Shown: positions 42,301 through 52,735, numbered from the stretch's first letter. The stretch: DNA of 64,000 nucleotides from an uncultured Spirochaetota bacterium (GCA_963783575.1 CAWAOD010000004.1:96001-160000), one strand, 5' to 3'. The notes: generated from the letters alone by a model not told the origin. Translations and numbers: made by a program.

Positions 42301-42508
42301 TTCCTTGATAATCCTTGACTATAAAACCGGTAAAAAAGAAGCGGCTCATACGGCGCAATTGCAGAAATACGCCGGAATAATCGGCAGGATGGGAAATTTT
42401 AAAATCGAATGTTATTTGCTTTACACGGAAACGCTTGAATTATTAAGCGTACCTCTTGATGCTCAAAAAGCAAATTCTGCCCGGGAGGATGAATTGTGGC
42501 TTTTTTAG
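39311..42508 (+). CDS. addA: AddA-like UvrD helicase with C-terminal PD-(D/E)XK nuclease
   Basis: ASAGSGKT, TFTNKAA.EMKERI, DEFQDTS, VGDGKQAIYRWR, TIHKSKGLEF, YVAFTRA, RPDR..LDYKTG. Confidence 0.85.
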   Translation: MPFYLYKASAGSGKTYTLVREYIAELIQNPGKLKHILAVTFTNKAAGEMKERILKALKSLSAGNESHLMLDLKARFPGLDVEFRAGGILQKILHHYSDFHIMTIDSFTYRIIRSFALELGLSSRFDVDLKPENIMAKVVDRILGMAGINQYITDILLKFLFSRLSGSRGWNIERNMLKIGNDFIKEQNYRFIDRLSRADNNDMFELINGLDKSINSFRNIMKEMGEKALVLTQKSGLKKSDFAYQGSGNYSYFEKIAGRCASDDYKPGNRATEGKWYKKDSSSDIKEKFEQLPEQELNGIVADICRYLDDEGNYKKFITDTSIYENIHTLALIDIIVKYLDDYKKKNNVIPVSDFNRKIAGLMEIETIPFVFVMAGETFTNFLLDEFQDTSRLQWENIYPLLENSLASGFSNLAVGDGKQAIYRWRNGDVEIMENDIPARIPEEKLDIKNLSGNYRSAANIVDFNNKFFESAAGILKKDNILIEGIYANLAQTANGNKNSGYVRVEFLSTDDVSGYPELIAGKIAAIIDNLKNFGYSYRDIAVLVRKKDEGSEIAGLLLERNIPIISPDSLLIGQTAVIRFIVSCFTFLISKYDQLLKAGLYYQYIRLLDCEPGLKTRLRGEADRIIINKDRINDKASPLYIIELFLEKTAFLTNLPLYDLIEEIIRHFGLNKLAGGGLNGYLVQFLSIISGFSGSVNGNISDFLEWWEENSDSAAVSMDDNADAVKIMTIHKSKGLEFPIVIIPYADWEFYHNNDLYWLNLDNPEPNRPGFDLVFPVTASKKLLESGFKNAYLREKEKNILDNLNLLYVAFTRAMDELYVFCPESIVKEEDEEIKNISRTIKTALSSGFGNEIPAESYISGRHTLKSGDGETVQAGNEAPEFISNPWVKKVTVLKNSKDRMLVRADSGKIEWGNLLHNMLSGIKSIEEINPVIEKYSDSGQIPAELKEKAFEEIRTIFEIPRVKDWTDGSYAIKSESTVITPEEVIRPDRIFIKGDSLIILDYKTGKKEAAHTAQLQKYAGIIGRMGNFKIECYLLYTETLELLSVPLDAQKANSAREDELWLF

Positions 42509-45222
42509 AGAAAACAGCGCTTGATCTGCTTGAGAAATATAACGGAGATCTGTCGAATATCGCTGTAATTTTTCCGAACAAAAGGGCCGGCCTCTTTTTT
42601 AAAAAATTCATACAGGGTAACATTGAAAAACCTGTCTGGGCTCCGGAATTTTATTCATTTGAGGAATGGGTATGTTCAGTATCCGATTACAGTGTTATAG
42701 ATATCGTGAGGCTTGTTTTCAAACTTTACGGCATATACTCAAAGTCGGTTTCATTATATAAAAAGGGTTTTGACGAGTTTTACCACTGGGGCAAAATGAT
42801 CCTTTCGGATTTTGACGATATTGACCGTTACCTGATCGATGCCGGAATGCTTTTCCGCAATTTGAGAGAGATGAAGAAAATCGAGGACATCAATATCGGG
42901 ACCCAGAGCTCGCTGTATAAGAAGTACCTCGGTTTCTGGAACGAGCTTGAAATAATCTATAATCGGCTTAGAGAGGAGCTTATTTCGGAAAAAACGGCTT
43001 ATCCCGGAATGATATACAGAAGCGCCGCTGAAAACCTATCGGTCCTGGATTCCGGCAGATGGAGAGGATTTGTTTTCGCGGGATTTAACGCGTTAACAGC
43101 CTCTGAAAAGAAAATCATTGAGGGGCTTAAAGAGATTTCGCATGTAGACATTTACATTGATATGGATCAATACTTTACCGGTGATGAATCTCAGGAAGCC
43201 GGCAGGTTCTACAGGGAAACATGGAAAAATATGCTGGATGGGAATGATATAAAATGGAACGGGACGGATTTATCAGGCGAAAAAAACATCACCATAACAG
43301 GAACATCTTCCTCCGCGGGCCAGGCCAAACTTTTGGGCGTCCTTCTCCAGGGCCATTTAACGCTTGTTGAAAAAACGGCCGTAATCCTGGCCGATGAAAG
43401 CCTTTTATTCCCGGTTCTCAATTCACTTCCGGGAGAAATTGGGAAAATAAATATCACTATGGGCTACCCGTTAAAAAATACTCCCGCTTATTCCCTGGTT
43501 AATCTTATCTTTGACCTGCAGGAAACAATGGAAGGCAGCGGAAGTGATTTAATCTTAGGCTACAATGAGACAATGAAATTCCTTGAGCACCCTTATATTA
43601 GCAACATTCTGGATTCCGGTTTGTTTATAAAGACGGTCAGAGAAAAAAACTTGACGAAAATTCCCGCTGTAATGCTTCCATTTCCGGAATTTATGGAGGA
43701 TACCACAGGGAAAAAATGGCCGGAAGCGGGGCCGTTTTTAAAATCATTGTCAAAAATGCTTGAATCGATGATCTCATTAAAAAACAGGGAATCGCAGGGA
43801 CTTGAAGCCGAGTTTCTCTTCATGCTCTATACACAGGTTGAAAGGCTTGCCGGCCTGGTATCAGAATATGAGCCGGGTCTTGGTATGAAACCGGCAAGGA
43901 ATCTTTTAAACGATATAATTTCCGGCAGCATCATCCCCTTTATCGGAGAACCCCTGGAAGGGCTTCAGATAATGGGAATGCTGGAGACACAGACTCTCGA
44001 CTTCGATAATATTTTCCTTCTGTCCGTAAATGAAGGCGTCTTACCCGCCGGAAGGAATCTGCAGTCGTTTATACCTCAACACATAAGGCAAATTTTAAAA
44101 ATACCCTCGCATCATGAACGTGAAGCCATTTTCGCATATCATTTTTACAGGCTGTTGATGCGCGCAAAAAACATCCATCTTATCTATACAAACGAGAGTT
44201 CGGATTTCGCCGGTATGGAGAAAAGCCGTTTCATAGAACAGCTTTTGATTGAATATGCGGCAAGGAATGAAAAAGCAAGGATCAAAGAGAATATGTTTCA
44301 GTTCAAAATAAAATCGGAAGAACATTCTAATATAATCATTGATAAAAATGATGAAATGGTCTGCAAGCTTGCCGGGATGGGCTTTTCAGCGACAGGATTG
44401 ATAACATATATGAATTGCCCCTTAAAATTTTATTTCAGGTATATTCTTGGATTGAAAGAAATGAAGGAAATAATGGAAAGCCCGGACGAACCGTTAATGG
44501 GTATAATAATCCATGAAACCCTAAAAATTTTATATTCGGAAAAATCCGGAAGGTTTGTCACATCTGAAGATTTTGACGAAATGGAGAACAGGTTAAAGCC
44601 CGAAATAAAGAGGCAGTTTAAGGAAACGCTTAATATTTCCAATACAAACACCGGGAAAAACAGGATTTATTTCGAAGCGGCAGTCAGAATTATTGATGAA
44701 TTTCTATCGAAAGAACGGGGCAGAAAGCCTTTTCAAATTGTTTTCCTTGAATATTCAACCGGCATTGTACTGCCTGCCGGAAATCTAAATGAATTATTTA
44801 TCGGTGAAATTAAGCTTAATGGAAAAATAGACCGTGTTGAGCAAAATGATGAATGCATCGCCGTTATGGATTACAAAAGCGGTGAAACGGGTTCTTTAAG
44901 CATTAATGAAGCGCCTGAGGTTTTTGACAAAATAAGGAACCGTAAGGAAGCCTTTCAGCTTTTATTCTATCTTCTGCTTTACACAGGAAAGGAAACAATA
45001 ATATCCCCCCTTAAAGCCGGAATTTTCGACCTTAAGAAAAACACGACGAATTTTCTTACTGTCAATAAATCCGATATCATCGGCCTATCTGAAATAGAAT
45101 CTTTTAAAACAAGACTGCTTGATTTGATTCATGAAATTCTGGACATCAACAAACCCTTCATGCAAACTGAAGATGCCGATTACTGCCGTAACTGCATTTA
45201 CACTGAATTTTGCGTAAGATAA
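42496..45222 (+). CDS. addB: AddB-like PD-(D/E)XK nuclease with Fe-S cysteines
   Basis: IFPNKRA, GLQIMGMLET, NCPLKFY, GKIDRVE..DYKSG, CRNCIYTEFC; overlaps addA. Confidence 0.8.
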   Translation: MAFLEKTALDLLEKYNGDLSNIAVIFPNKRAGLFFKKFIQGNIEKPVWAPEFYSFEEWVCSVSDYSVIDIVRLVFKLYGIYSKSVSLYKKGFDEFYHWGKMILSDFDDIDRYLIDAGMLFRNLREMKKIEDINIGTQSSLYKKYLGFWNELEIIYNRLREELISEKTAYPGMIYRSAAENLSVLDSGRWRGFVFAGFNALTASEKKIIEGLKEISHVDIYIDMDQYFTGDESQEAGRFYRETWKNMLDGNDIKWNGTDLSGEKNITITGTSSSAGQAKLLGVLLQGHLTLVEKTAVILADESLLFPVLNSLPGEIGKINITMGYPLKNTPAYSLVNLIFDLQETMEGSGSDLILGYNETMKFLEHPYISNILDSGLFIKTVREKNLTKIPAVMLPFPEFMEDTTGKKWPEAGPFLKSLSKMLESMISLKNRESQGLEAEFLFMLYTQVERLAGLVSEYEPGLGMKPARNLLNDIISGSIIPFIGEPLEGLQIMGMLETQTLDFDNIFLLSVNEGVLPAGRNLQSFIPQHIRQILKIPSHHEREAIFAYHFYRLLMRAKNIHLIYTNESSDFAGMEKSRFIEQLLIEYAARNEKARIKENMFQFKIKSEEHSNIIIDKNDEMVCKLAGMGFSATGLITYMNCPLKFYFRYILGLKEMKEIMESPDEPLMGIIIHETLKILYSEKSGRFVTSEDFDEMENRLKPEIKRQFKETLNISNTNTGKNRIYFEAAVRIIDEFLSKERGRKPFQIVFLEYSTGIVLPAGNLNELFIGEIKLNGKIDRVEQNDECIAVMDYKSGETGSLSINEAPEVFDKIRNRKEAFQLLFYLLLYTGKETIISPLKAGIFDLKKNTTNFLTVNKSDIIGLSEIESFKTRLLDLIHEILDINKPFMQTEDADYCRNCIYTEFCVR

Positions 45223-45238
45223 GGAAAAAATAACTCTG

Positions 45239-45349
45239 CAAGCGACACAATAACTAAGCCAGAAGTGGAGCACGATGCTCCATGAGGGCTCTTCAAGTAA
45301 CATAAAGACAGTGACGAACCCAGTTCGTCAAGCGACACGATGTCGCAGG
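45239..45349 (+). repeat. modular palindromic intergenic repeat, copy 3
   Basis: GGAGCACGATGCTCCATGAGGGC, CAAGTAACATAA, GACAGTGACGAACCCAGTTCGTCAAGCGACACGATGTCGCAGG. Confidence 0.75.
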
Positions 45350-45358
45350 GCACGTTTG

Positions 45359-46531
45359 TTATTTACTTAAATCGGGGGAATAAATCCTGAAATTGCCGCT
45401 GACATTTAATAACGCAAGCATGTAAAGCATTCCATTATAATATCTCCATTTGCCTGCCGGAACCGGGGAATCCCATAATTTTTTTACAAATTCCGGTCTT
45501 TCTTTAATGGTAGCGGCCATGCAGGCTGCGGCATTCATTGCAACCAGACCGGGAGAATTTTCGCCCCCTAGTTTTTCACCTGTAATCTTAAACTGGGTGG
45601 CGTAAGAAGCAATTCCCTGTTTGATAAAAAAATTTAGAATTCTGTTGCTCTGCTCAACTTCCCATTTATCAGCACCAAACCATACATAATCAACAGCAAC
45701 ATTCATTCCAATACGCCAGGCGTCAAAGCTGAAAGCATCGTGTCCGCTGTTCCATGGATCAATGGGAATTCCTGTGAATTCTGCATAATCCGGCATAAGT
45801 CCGGTTACCGGATCGGCTGCTTTTTTAAAAAAATCCCTGCTTGCAATTGCCGCATCTTTCCAGAATTTATTATCTTTATCGGCCCATAAAGCCCAGAGTT
45901 CATAGAAATGAGGGAGGTGGTATGACGGATCGGTAATCCCGGAGGCTTTACCTTCGAGCGGTACAAATACAACCTGTTTATATTCGGGGTCGAACATATT
46001 TGTGACGCCGTTTTTACCGGTATCGGCCTTGTGAAGCATTGTATCAAGTATTGCCTGCGCTTCTTTTTTATAATTGAATATTCCCTTACCATTTCCCCAT
46101 CTTCCGGCAGCAAAAAATAACGCCATTACAAACCATTCCTCACCATCTGATGCGGGATTAGGGTCGATTTGATTCCCGTCGAGGCTGCAATGCCATGCAA
46201 AATATCCTTTGATAATACCGTCTTTTTGATACATATAAGTCTTAGTCCATTTCCACAACCTGTCAAATTCTTCCTTTTTATTCATCTGGACAGAAATCAT
46301 CATTCCATAGGACATTCCTTCAGATCTAATATCATTATTACCTGTATCTTTGATATATGCCATATTATCATTCACAGGGTAATATACTCTTTGGTCCTTA
46401 TCATCACCATAGAAAAGCTGCTGCCAAGCCGAATCCAACTTTACCCGGACTTCATTATCGTTTTTTCCGAGTAAATCTTTAAAAAGATTTTTATAATTAA
46501 CCGGTTTTAATAATTCAGAATAAAAGTTCAT
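45359..46531 (-). CDS. GH8 glycoside hydrolase, reducing-end xylose-releasing exo-oligoxylanase-like
   Basis: DIRSEGMSYGM, PASDGEEW, TDPSYHLPHFYELWA, FDAWR, RYYNG; no signal peptide. Confidence 0.85.
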   Translation of the reverse strand: MNFYSELLKPVNYKNLFKDLLGKNDNEVRVKLDSAWQQLFYGDDKDQRVYYPVNDNMAYIKDTGNNDIRSEGMSYGMMISVQMNKKEEFDRLWKWTKTYMYQKDGIIKGYFAWHCSLDGNQIDPNPASDGEEWFVMALFFAAGRWGNGKGIFNYKKEAQAILDTMLHKADTGKNGVTNMFDPEYKQVVFVPLEGKASGITDPSYHLPHFYELWALWADKDNKFWKDAAIASRDFFKKAADPVTGLMPDYAEFTGIPIDPWNSGHDAFSFDAWRIGMNVAVDYVWFGADKWEVEQSNRILNFFIKQGIASYATQFKITGEKLGGENSPGLVAMNAAACMAATIKERPEFVKKLWDSPVPAGKWRYYNGMLYMLALLNVSGNFRIYSPDLSK

Positions 46532-46683
46532 ATTTATTACCGCCTTTCAATTTGACTATAGTCATTATAAAATATTTCCTCTTTCCAAGTCAAAAAAAAG
46601 AAAAATCACGGTAAACCGGATTAAAAAATATCTTTGCCCCCTCGTTTTTGATTAAAAACCCATTTATCATTAGAATTTAAATC

Positions 46684-47607
46684 ATGGATAAAATACAAAC
46701 CTCTTATCTTAGTAAAATTATCGCCAGGAAAAAAGCTTTTGAATGGGCTCTTGTGCTGGAAGCCATGGGGATTCCTTTTATGCTCCGCAGGTTCGATGAC
46801 ATGGAAAATCCCGGTCAAGGATTTTTAATTGAGGTCCGGGATGAAAATATTAAAAACGCGGAAAATCAGATCAATCTTTATGAGATGGAAAACTACGGTG
46901 AATATTCCGGGTCAGAATCACAGGGAACGGAAAATATTGTCCGGGTTAATCTATTATTTACATTATTAATCTGCTTTTTAATATACATGTTTCAGTTTAT
47001 TGTTCAGACAACGGACACTTCTTTTCACTGGATTGAATACGGGAATGCTTCGGCTGAGGAAATTTTAAAGGGGGAATGGTGGAGGGCAGTCACCGCGCTG
47101 ACTATTCATGCCGATCTTGCGCACGTTTTATCGAATATGGTTCTTCTGTGTATAATTGCGCAGGCTTTGTGTTCGGAAACAGGCTTCGGCCTTGGGTGGT
47201 TTCTAATATTACTGTCCGGCGCTTCCGGTAATCTTCTCAATGCCTTTGTGCATGTGTCGTATTTTCAATCGATAGGTTCATCGACAGCTGTATTCGGAGC
47301 GATAGGCTGTATGGCGGGGATAAGGCTGGCAGGCGGAACCGGCAACGCCAGGAATAAACAGCCTTCCTTGAAAGTATGGGTACCTATGATTGGGGCGCTT
47401 GGCCTGCTTGGATTTCTGGGAATGGGCGAAAATTCGGACATTGCAGCCCATTTTTTCGGTTTTGTAATAGGTTCATTCCTGGGTATAAGCTTCGGTGTAA
47501 TTTCGGCCAGGGTAAAAAAGCCGGATTTGCTTATGCAGATCCTGTTCGGATTGATAAGCCTGTCAGCAGTCATCATAAGCTGGATTTACGCTTTCAGAGC
47601 GGCTTAA
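46684..47607 (+). CDS. rhomboid-family intramembrane serine protease
   Basis: GEWWRAVTAL.IH...H..SN, GSSTAVFG, AHFFGF. Confidence 0.9.
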   Translation: MDKIQTSYLSKIIARKKAFEWALVLEAMGIPFMLRRFDDMENPGQGFLIEVRDENIKNAENQINLYEMENYGEYSGSESQGTENIVRVNLLFTLLICFLIYMFQFIVQTTDTSFHWIEYGNASAEEILKGEWWRAVTALTIHADLAHVLSNMVLLCIIAQALCSETGFGLGWFLILLSGASGNLLNAFVHVSYFQSIGSSTAVFGAIGCMAGIRLAGGTGNARNKQPSLKVWVPMIGALGLLGFLGMGENSDIAAHFFGFVIGSFLGISFGVISARVKKPDLLMQILFGLISLSAVIISWIYAFRAA

Positions 47608-49628
47608 TTCCCTGTTTTGCCGATATTTTTTGTCTTTGCTTTCGGTTTATGATTTTCAGCAAGTTCCGGCCCCGGCCTGCCGAAATAAAACCCCTGGGAA
47701 TATTCCATCCCCAGCTCTACCACTTTATCAAAAACTTCTTTTGAGCGGACATATTCCGAAATGGTTTTCAAACCTAGTTCTTTGGCAACGTTTGTGATGT
47801 TCTTTGCAATGATCTGGCAGTAATAATCTTTGTCTATATTTTCAATAATCGAAGCGTCTATCTTTATGTAATCTACATGCAGCTTCATAATATGAGCAAA
47901 ATTGGAATACCCCGATCCGAAATCATCAATCGCGAATTTACTGCCGTATTTTTTTACCTCATCGATAAATTCCTTTACTTCCTTATAATTCTCTATACCT
48001 TCGGATTCCAGTATTTCAAAAACAAGTCTTGACGCGATGTTTTTATATTCATTCAGCTTTTTCATTATGAAACGGTTTGTGTCATCGTCAAGTATATCAA
48101 GAATAGCAAGGTTGATGGAGAACTCATAATCATTATCTTTAAATTTTTCCAGCGATTTTTCAAGGATCAAACGCGTAATCTGGTGGTAAAACCTGGATTT
48201 TTTAGAAACATCCAGAAACTTGTCCGGGCCGATTATATTTCCTTCGGTATCCTTCATCCTTATCAGACACTCGTATTTTTCAATCTTTTGTGTTTTATTA
48301 TTTACAATCGGCTGGAAATAGGGAATAATCCTGTCATCTTTTAACGCTTCCCTGAGCATCCTCGTCCAGAGAATATTGTTTTCATATTCCTTGGTTATCG
48401 CGAGGGATTCATGGTAGATTATAAAATGCTTCTGGGTTTTCTTGGCTTTTTTCAGCGCCATATCTGCATGGACGGGGATATTACCCCATTTTTTTAATGA
48501 CTGCGGGAATTGCCCGGATAATATTGCATTTTTCGGATTATTCACCGTTTGCTTTTCCGTATCGGCCCTTGCGGCTCCGATCGCAACAGTAATAAGGATC
48601 TGGTTCCCGCCGTAATAAAAAGGCTTTTCGCTGATACCGTTCCATAAATACTCCAGGAAAATCTCAATTTCACTAACCGCTATATTGCTGTCCATAAAAA
48701 CCGCGAATTCATCGGCCTGCATTTTGTAAATTTTATATTCCGAGTTTGACAGCAGCACCTTAATCCTGTTGGCAAGAGAAATGAGAAGAAAATCCCCGAC
48801 ATCATTGCCGTAAAAATCATTGATTTCCTTAAAATTATCGATATTTATGAGCATCAATACCGGAGAACGGGAAAGGCTGATCTCCTCGAGCAGCTTCTGC
48901 CTGTTTGGAAGCAGTGTTAAAATATCGGTATACAGCTGTTTCGACAATTCCTTTTTGTCTTTGCGTATTGAAAGAACATAGAGAATAAAAAAAGGAAGGA
49001 CAAGAATCAGAAATAATACAGCCGAAAGGCCATTCTTTAACATGCTAGACCGGTATGAGGAATTAATTGCGTCAAGGCTGATATTTGCTCCGGCGATATA
49101 TCTGGTACCGTTTTCTGTTTCGAGCGGAACATATATTGTTCTGAAACTGCCCCACTGGTTGGTAATATCTTCATACAGGGGCCTGTTTGAGTCGAATGCC
49201 TTCTTGTTTAACTCCGTGGCTTCATTATATGATTCGAAATACCGTGGAGCGGAACCGTTAATTAGTTGATTGCTTAAAGAACTGCACCCTGTAAAATAAA
49301 CCCGGCCGCCGTTTTCAATCATTGAAAAAACATAGGATAAGCCGTATTGTTTGCTTATCTCGCTTAATTTTGCCCTGTTTTCGGTTTCCCGGTCATCATT
49401 AATAAAACTTTTATCCAGATATATTTCCTGGAACTCTTCGGCAAGAATATTTGTTATCGCTATTGCGCCGGAAAAAAGCTTTTTATCGATTTCCTGTTTT
49501 TTCTCTCTATACTCAATATTGTATGAAACAAGAGAATATAATACTATCAAAATGAAATCAATCAAAATTATGATTATCAAAATAGGCGTTTTGATATTAA
49601 ACCAGCTTTTTTTAAGGGCTGCTGCCAC
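47604..49628 (-). CDS. membrane sensor GGDEF-EAL protein (probable phosphodiesterase)
   Basis: Two TM helices, degenerate QADEF in place of GGDEF, ECLIR, AIDDFGSGYSNF, IKID. Confidence 0.88.
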   Translation of the reverse strand: MAAALKKSWFNIKTPILIIIILIDFILIVLYSLVSYNIEYREKKQEIDKKLFSGAIAITNILAEEFQEIYLDKSFINDDRETENRAKLSEISKQYGLSYVFSMIENGGRVYFTGCSSLSNQLINGSAPRYFESYNEATELNKKAFDSNRPLYEDITNQWGSFRTIYVPLETENGTRYIAGANISLDAINSSYRSSMLKNGLSAVLFLILVLPFFILYVLSIRKDKKELSKQLYTDILTLLPNRQKLLEEISLSRSPVLMLINIDNFKEINDFYGNDVGDFLLISLANRIKVLLSNSEYKIYKMQADEFAVFMDSNIAVSEIEIFLEYLWNGISEKPFYYGGNQILITVAIGAARADTEKQTVNNPKNAILSGQFPQSLKKWGNIPVHADMALKKAKKTQKHFIIYHESLAITKEYENNILWTRMLREALKDDRIIPYFQPIVNNKTQKIEKYECLIRMKDTEGNIIGPDKFLDVSKKSRFYHQITRLILEKSLEKFKDNDYEFSINLAILDILDDDTNRFIMKKLNEYKNIASRLVFEILESEGIENYKEVKEFIDEVKKYGSKFAIDDFGSGYSNFAHIMKLHVDYIKIDASIIENIDKDYYCQIIAKNITNVAKELGLKTISEYVRSKEVFDKVVELGMEYSQGFYFGRPGPELAENHKPKAKTKNIGKTGN

Positions 49629-49780
49629 ATCGGACTCCTGTCAACTTTTCAGTAATTCCCCCAACCCATACTAATTTCCGGAAATGATAAATACTAATTT
49701 TAAATAAGATATGCGTTTTTAATAAGGAATACATTTTAAGATGAACAATAAAATCTTTCAAGGTATTGATTTGAAAATTA

Positions 49781-49816
49781 AATTATGGCAGCAAAATTAA
49801 TTTTTGCCGCCATAAT
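49781..49816 (-). terminator. hairpin downstream of the acyl-CoA synthetase gene
   Basis: AATTATGGCAGCAAAA / TTTTGCCGCCATAATT inverted repeat. Confidence 0.55.
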
Positions 49817-49841
49817 TCTATTTATTAAATATGAAACTTCT

Positions 49842-51500
49842 TCATGTTCTTTCCAGGCCCATCTCCTCGATCAGCTTTACCGACATCTCCCGCAGCTTGT
49901 ATTTCTGAATCTTGCCGCTTGCTGTCATCGGGTATTCATTGACAAAGAAGACATATTTCGGGATTTTGAACCTGGAAATCTGTCCCCGGCAGTAATCCCT
50001 TACATCCTCTTCCTTAAGAGTCTGCCCGTCCTTTACGATAACAAAAGCGCCGACCTCCTCGCCGTATTTCACGCTGGGAACACCGGCAACCTGAACATCC
50101 TTTATCTGCGGCATCTGGTAAAGAAAATCCTCAATCTCTTTCGGATATACGTTCTCCCCGCCACGGATGATCATATCTTTGATGCGTCCTGTCACTTTGA
50201 AATTGCCGTTCGCGTCCTTAATGCCAAGATCGCCGGAATGCAGCCATCCGTCTTTATCTATCACGCGGGCAGTTTCTTCCGGCATTTTATAATACCCTTT
50301 CATAACATTATAGCCCCTGCAGCAAAGCTCGCCCTGTTCGTCAACAGCGCAATCCAGGCCCGTCTGCGGATTCCAGACTTTTACCTCAATATTCGGAAGC
50401 TCTTTACCGACTGTTCCAACCTTTACTTCGATCGAATCTTCCGCGCGTGTCTGCGTCATCACCGGGGAGGCTTCGGTTAAACCATAAGCGATGGTCATTT
50501 CACTGCAGTGCATGTCGTCAATTACGCGCTTCATAACTTCCATCGGGCATGGCGAACCAGCCATAATCCCTGTTCTTAGAGATTTAGTGTCGAACATAGA
50601 GAACATCGGGTGGTTTAGTTCAGCGATGAACATTGTCGGCACTCCGTAAAGCGCAGTGCACTTATCTTTCTGTACCGACGCCAGAACCATAACCGGATCA
50701 AAGCTTTCGACAATAACGGCCGAAGCGCCATGCGTAACTATTGCCATTATACCAAGAACAAGTCCGAAGCAGTGAAAAAGCGGAACCGGGAGGCAGACTT
50801 TTTCAATATCCGTGAATTTCTGGCACTCGCCGATAAAAAAGCCGTTGTTAAGGATATTGTAGTGAGTCAGCATTACTCCCTTGGGAAAGCCGGTCGTACC
50901 TGAAGTGTACTGCATATTTATAACATCATTGTAATGCAGAGTACTTTTAACTTTATCGAGCTCGGCGTCAACCATATGAGAGCCGAGGAGAAGAATTTCA
51001 CTGGTATTGAACATACCGCGGTGTTTTTGAGGACCCAGGAAAATTAAATTCTTAAGGCAGGGGTATTTTGAACTTTGCAGACGGCCCCTCTCCGATGACT
51101 TCAATTCCGGGATAAGCTCATTAACAATCTGGACATAATCGCTGTCCTTAAAGCCGTCTATCAGGCATAGGGCTTTCATGTCCGACTGCTTAATAATATA
51201 ATCAAGTTCATGGAGTTTATAACTTGTATTGACCGTTACCAGCACAACGCCAATCTTTGCTGTTGCGAATAGAACGGTAAGCCAGTCCGGTACATTTGTA
51301 GCCCAGATTCCGACATTATCGCCTTTTTTTAACCCAAGGGCAAGCAGGCCTTTCGCAAAATTGTTTACCCTCTCATCAAACTTCTTATATGTCAGCCGGA
51401 GATCCCGGTCGGAAAATATCATGAACTCTTTGTCCGGATATTTTTTAACCTGCTCTTCCAGAATTTCACCGACCGTATTTTCAAAAAATTTTGTTCCCAT
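49842..51500 (-). CDS. AMP-binding acyl-CoA synthetase
   Basis: [48 protein letters not shown]. Confidence 0.95.
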   Translation of the reverse strand: MGTKFFENTVGEILEEQVKKYPDKEFMIFSDRDLRLTYKKFDERVNNFAKGLLALGLKKGDNVGIWATNVPDWLTVLFATAKIGVVLVTVNTSYKLHELDYIIKQSDMKALCLIDGFKDSDYVQIVNELIPELKSSERGRLQSSKYPCLKNLIFLGPQKHRGMFNTSEILLLGSHMVDAELDKVKSTLHYNDVINMQYTSGTTGFPKGVMLTHYNILNNGFFIGECQKFTDIEKVCLPVPLFHCFGLVLGIMAIVTHGASAVIVESFDPVMVLASVQKDKCTALYGVPTMFIAELNHPMFSMFDTKSLRTGIMAGSPCPMEVMKRVIDDMHCSEMTIAYGLTEASPVMTQTRAEDSIEVKVGTVGKELPNIEVKVWNPQTGLDCAVDEQGELCCRGYNVMKGYYKMPEETARVIDKDGWLHSGDLGIKDANGNFKVTGRIKDMIIRGGENVYPKEIEDFLYQMPQIKDVQVAGVPSVKYGEEVGAFVIVKDGQTLKEEDVRDYCRGQISRFKIPKYVFFVNEYPMTASGKIQKYKLREMSVKLIEEMGLERT

Positions 51501-51517
51501 ATAAACCTCGCAATTTA

Positions 51518-52093
51518 TTAAAATGGGGCATATATTACAGCGACTATTTTAGCCGTAGCGCCGCCGACGGAATGAACATTATGAGCCACAATGGAATCAT
51601 AATAAATACTATCGCCGGTATTAAGATGGAATTTATCTTTCCCGTAATCGATTTCAACCTTACCTTCAAGTACAAAAATAAATTCTTCCCCTTCATGAGA
51701 AGATAACTTTGCATCTTTTTCAGAAGAAGCATAAATATCGATCAGAAAAGGCTCCATATGTCTGCCGGATTTATTTGCCGCAAGAGCGTAAAAATCCAGA
51801 TCGCTGCTGACGGAATTTGCTTTTCCTGAAAACCTAACAACCTTAGGTTCACTGCCCTTACAGCAGACGACAGGTCCTATATTATCCAGGTCATCCATAA
51901 ATGTCCCCAATCTTACGCCGAGTATTCTGGCAATTTTAATTAGCGGAGCGAGAGACGGAATCAATTCCCCATCCTCAATCTGCCTGATCTGTTCAACTGA
52001 AAGCTGGCTTCTCTCTGCAAGATCTTCACGGCTTAACTTTCTCGTTTCCCTGATCTGTGATACCTTACTTCCGATTTTGTTCTTTTCAGCCAT
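51518..52093 (-). CDS. XRE-HTH/cupin transcriptional regulator
   Basis: N-terminal HTH ([10 protein letters not shown]), [19 protein letters not shown]. Confidence 0.9.
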   Translation of the reverse strand: MAEKNKIGSKVSQIRETRKLSREDLAERSQLSVEQIRQIEDGELIPSLAPLIKIARILGVRLGTFMDDLDNIGPVVCCKGSEPKVVRFSGKANSVSSDLDFYALAANKSGRHMEPFLIDIYASSEKDAKLSSHEGEEFIFVLEGKVEIDYGKDKFHLNTGDSIYYDSIVAHNVHSVGGATAKIVAVIYAPF

Positions 52094-52345
52094 TTTACAC
52101 CTCACTATATTATTATTCATTCCAGTTTAGCTTCAATCTATTATCTGACTCAACCGTCTACTTGGTCGGAAAATTATTACGAATCTTCATTTATCAAGAT
52201 TTTAAATTATAGTATAAAGCAGCCTGAATCAGCAGGCAAGAAAAACAATCAAGAAAGTTTTTTCAATAATTTGAAAATAAATTTTCCTTTATTTCATAAA
52301 ATAATTATTTTTCTATATCCGGCCGATCAGGCAAGGAGTGTTAAT

Positions 52346-52735
52346 ATGAAAGAAAAACAGACAGAATTAATTGACGGAATAAGCCAGATTTCTGTTACAG
52401 CATATGATCTGGAAAGGGGAATAGAATTTTATCGTGATATTTTAGGGCTGAATTTTCTGTTCGATACCGGAAATATGGCTTTTTTTGACTGCGGGGGAAT
52501 AAGACTGATGCTGAGTTTGCCTGAAAAAGAAGAATTCAGGCACCAGAGTTCCATAATATATTTTCATACTCAAAATATCGATGCGGCTTATGATCTGCTT
52601 TCAAAAAAAGGAGTCCGCTTCGAAGATAAGCCGCACTCGATAGCTAAAATGGACGCATATGACATTTTGATGGTCTTTTTCAGGGATACTGAAGGTAATA
52701 TGTTAAGCCTGACCGGAGAAATAAAAAATTTATAA
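52346..52735 (+). CDS. VOC/glyoxalase-family protein
   Basis: DLERGIEFYRDILGL, FFDCGG, FFRDTEGN; AAGGAG RBS. Confidence 0.88.
   Translation: MKEKQTELIDGISQISVTAYDLERGIEFYRDILGLNFLFDTGNMAFFDCGGIRLMLSLPEKEEFRHQSSIIYFHTQNIDAAYDLLSKKGVRFEDKPHSIAKMDAYDILMVFFRDTEGNMLSLTGEIKNL

Noticed and set aside
49785..50480. 231-aa plus-strand ORF and the many other short antisense ORFs in the track
   Set aside because: Shadow frames opposite well-supported genes
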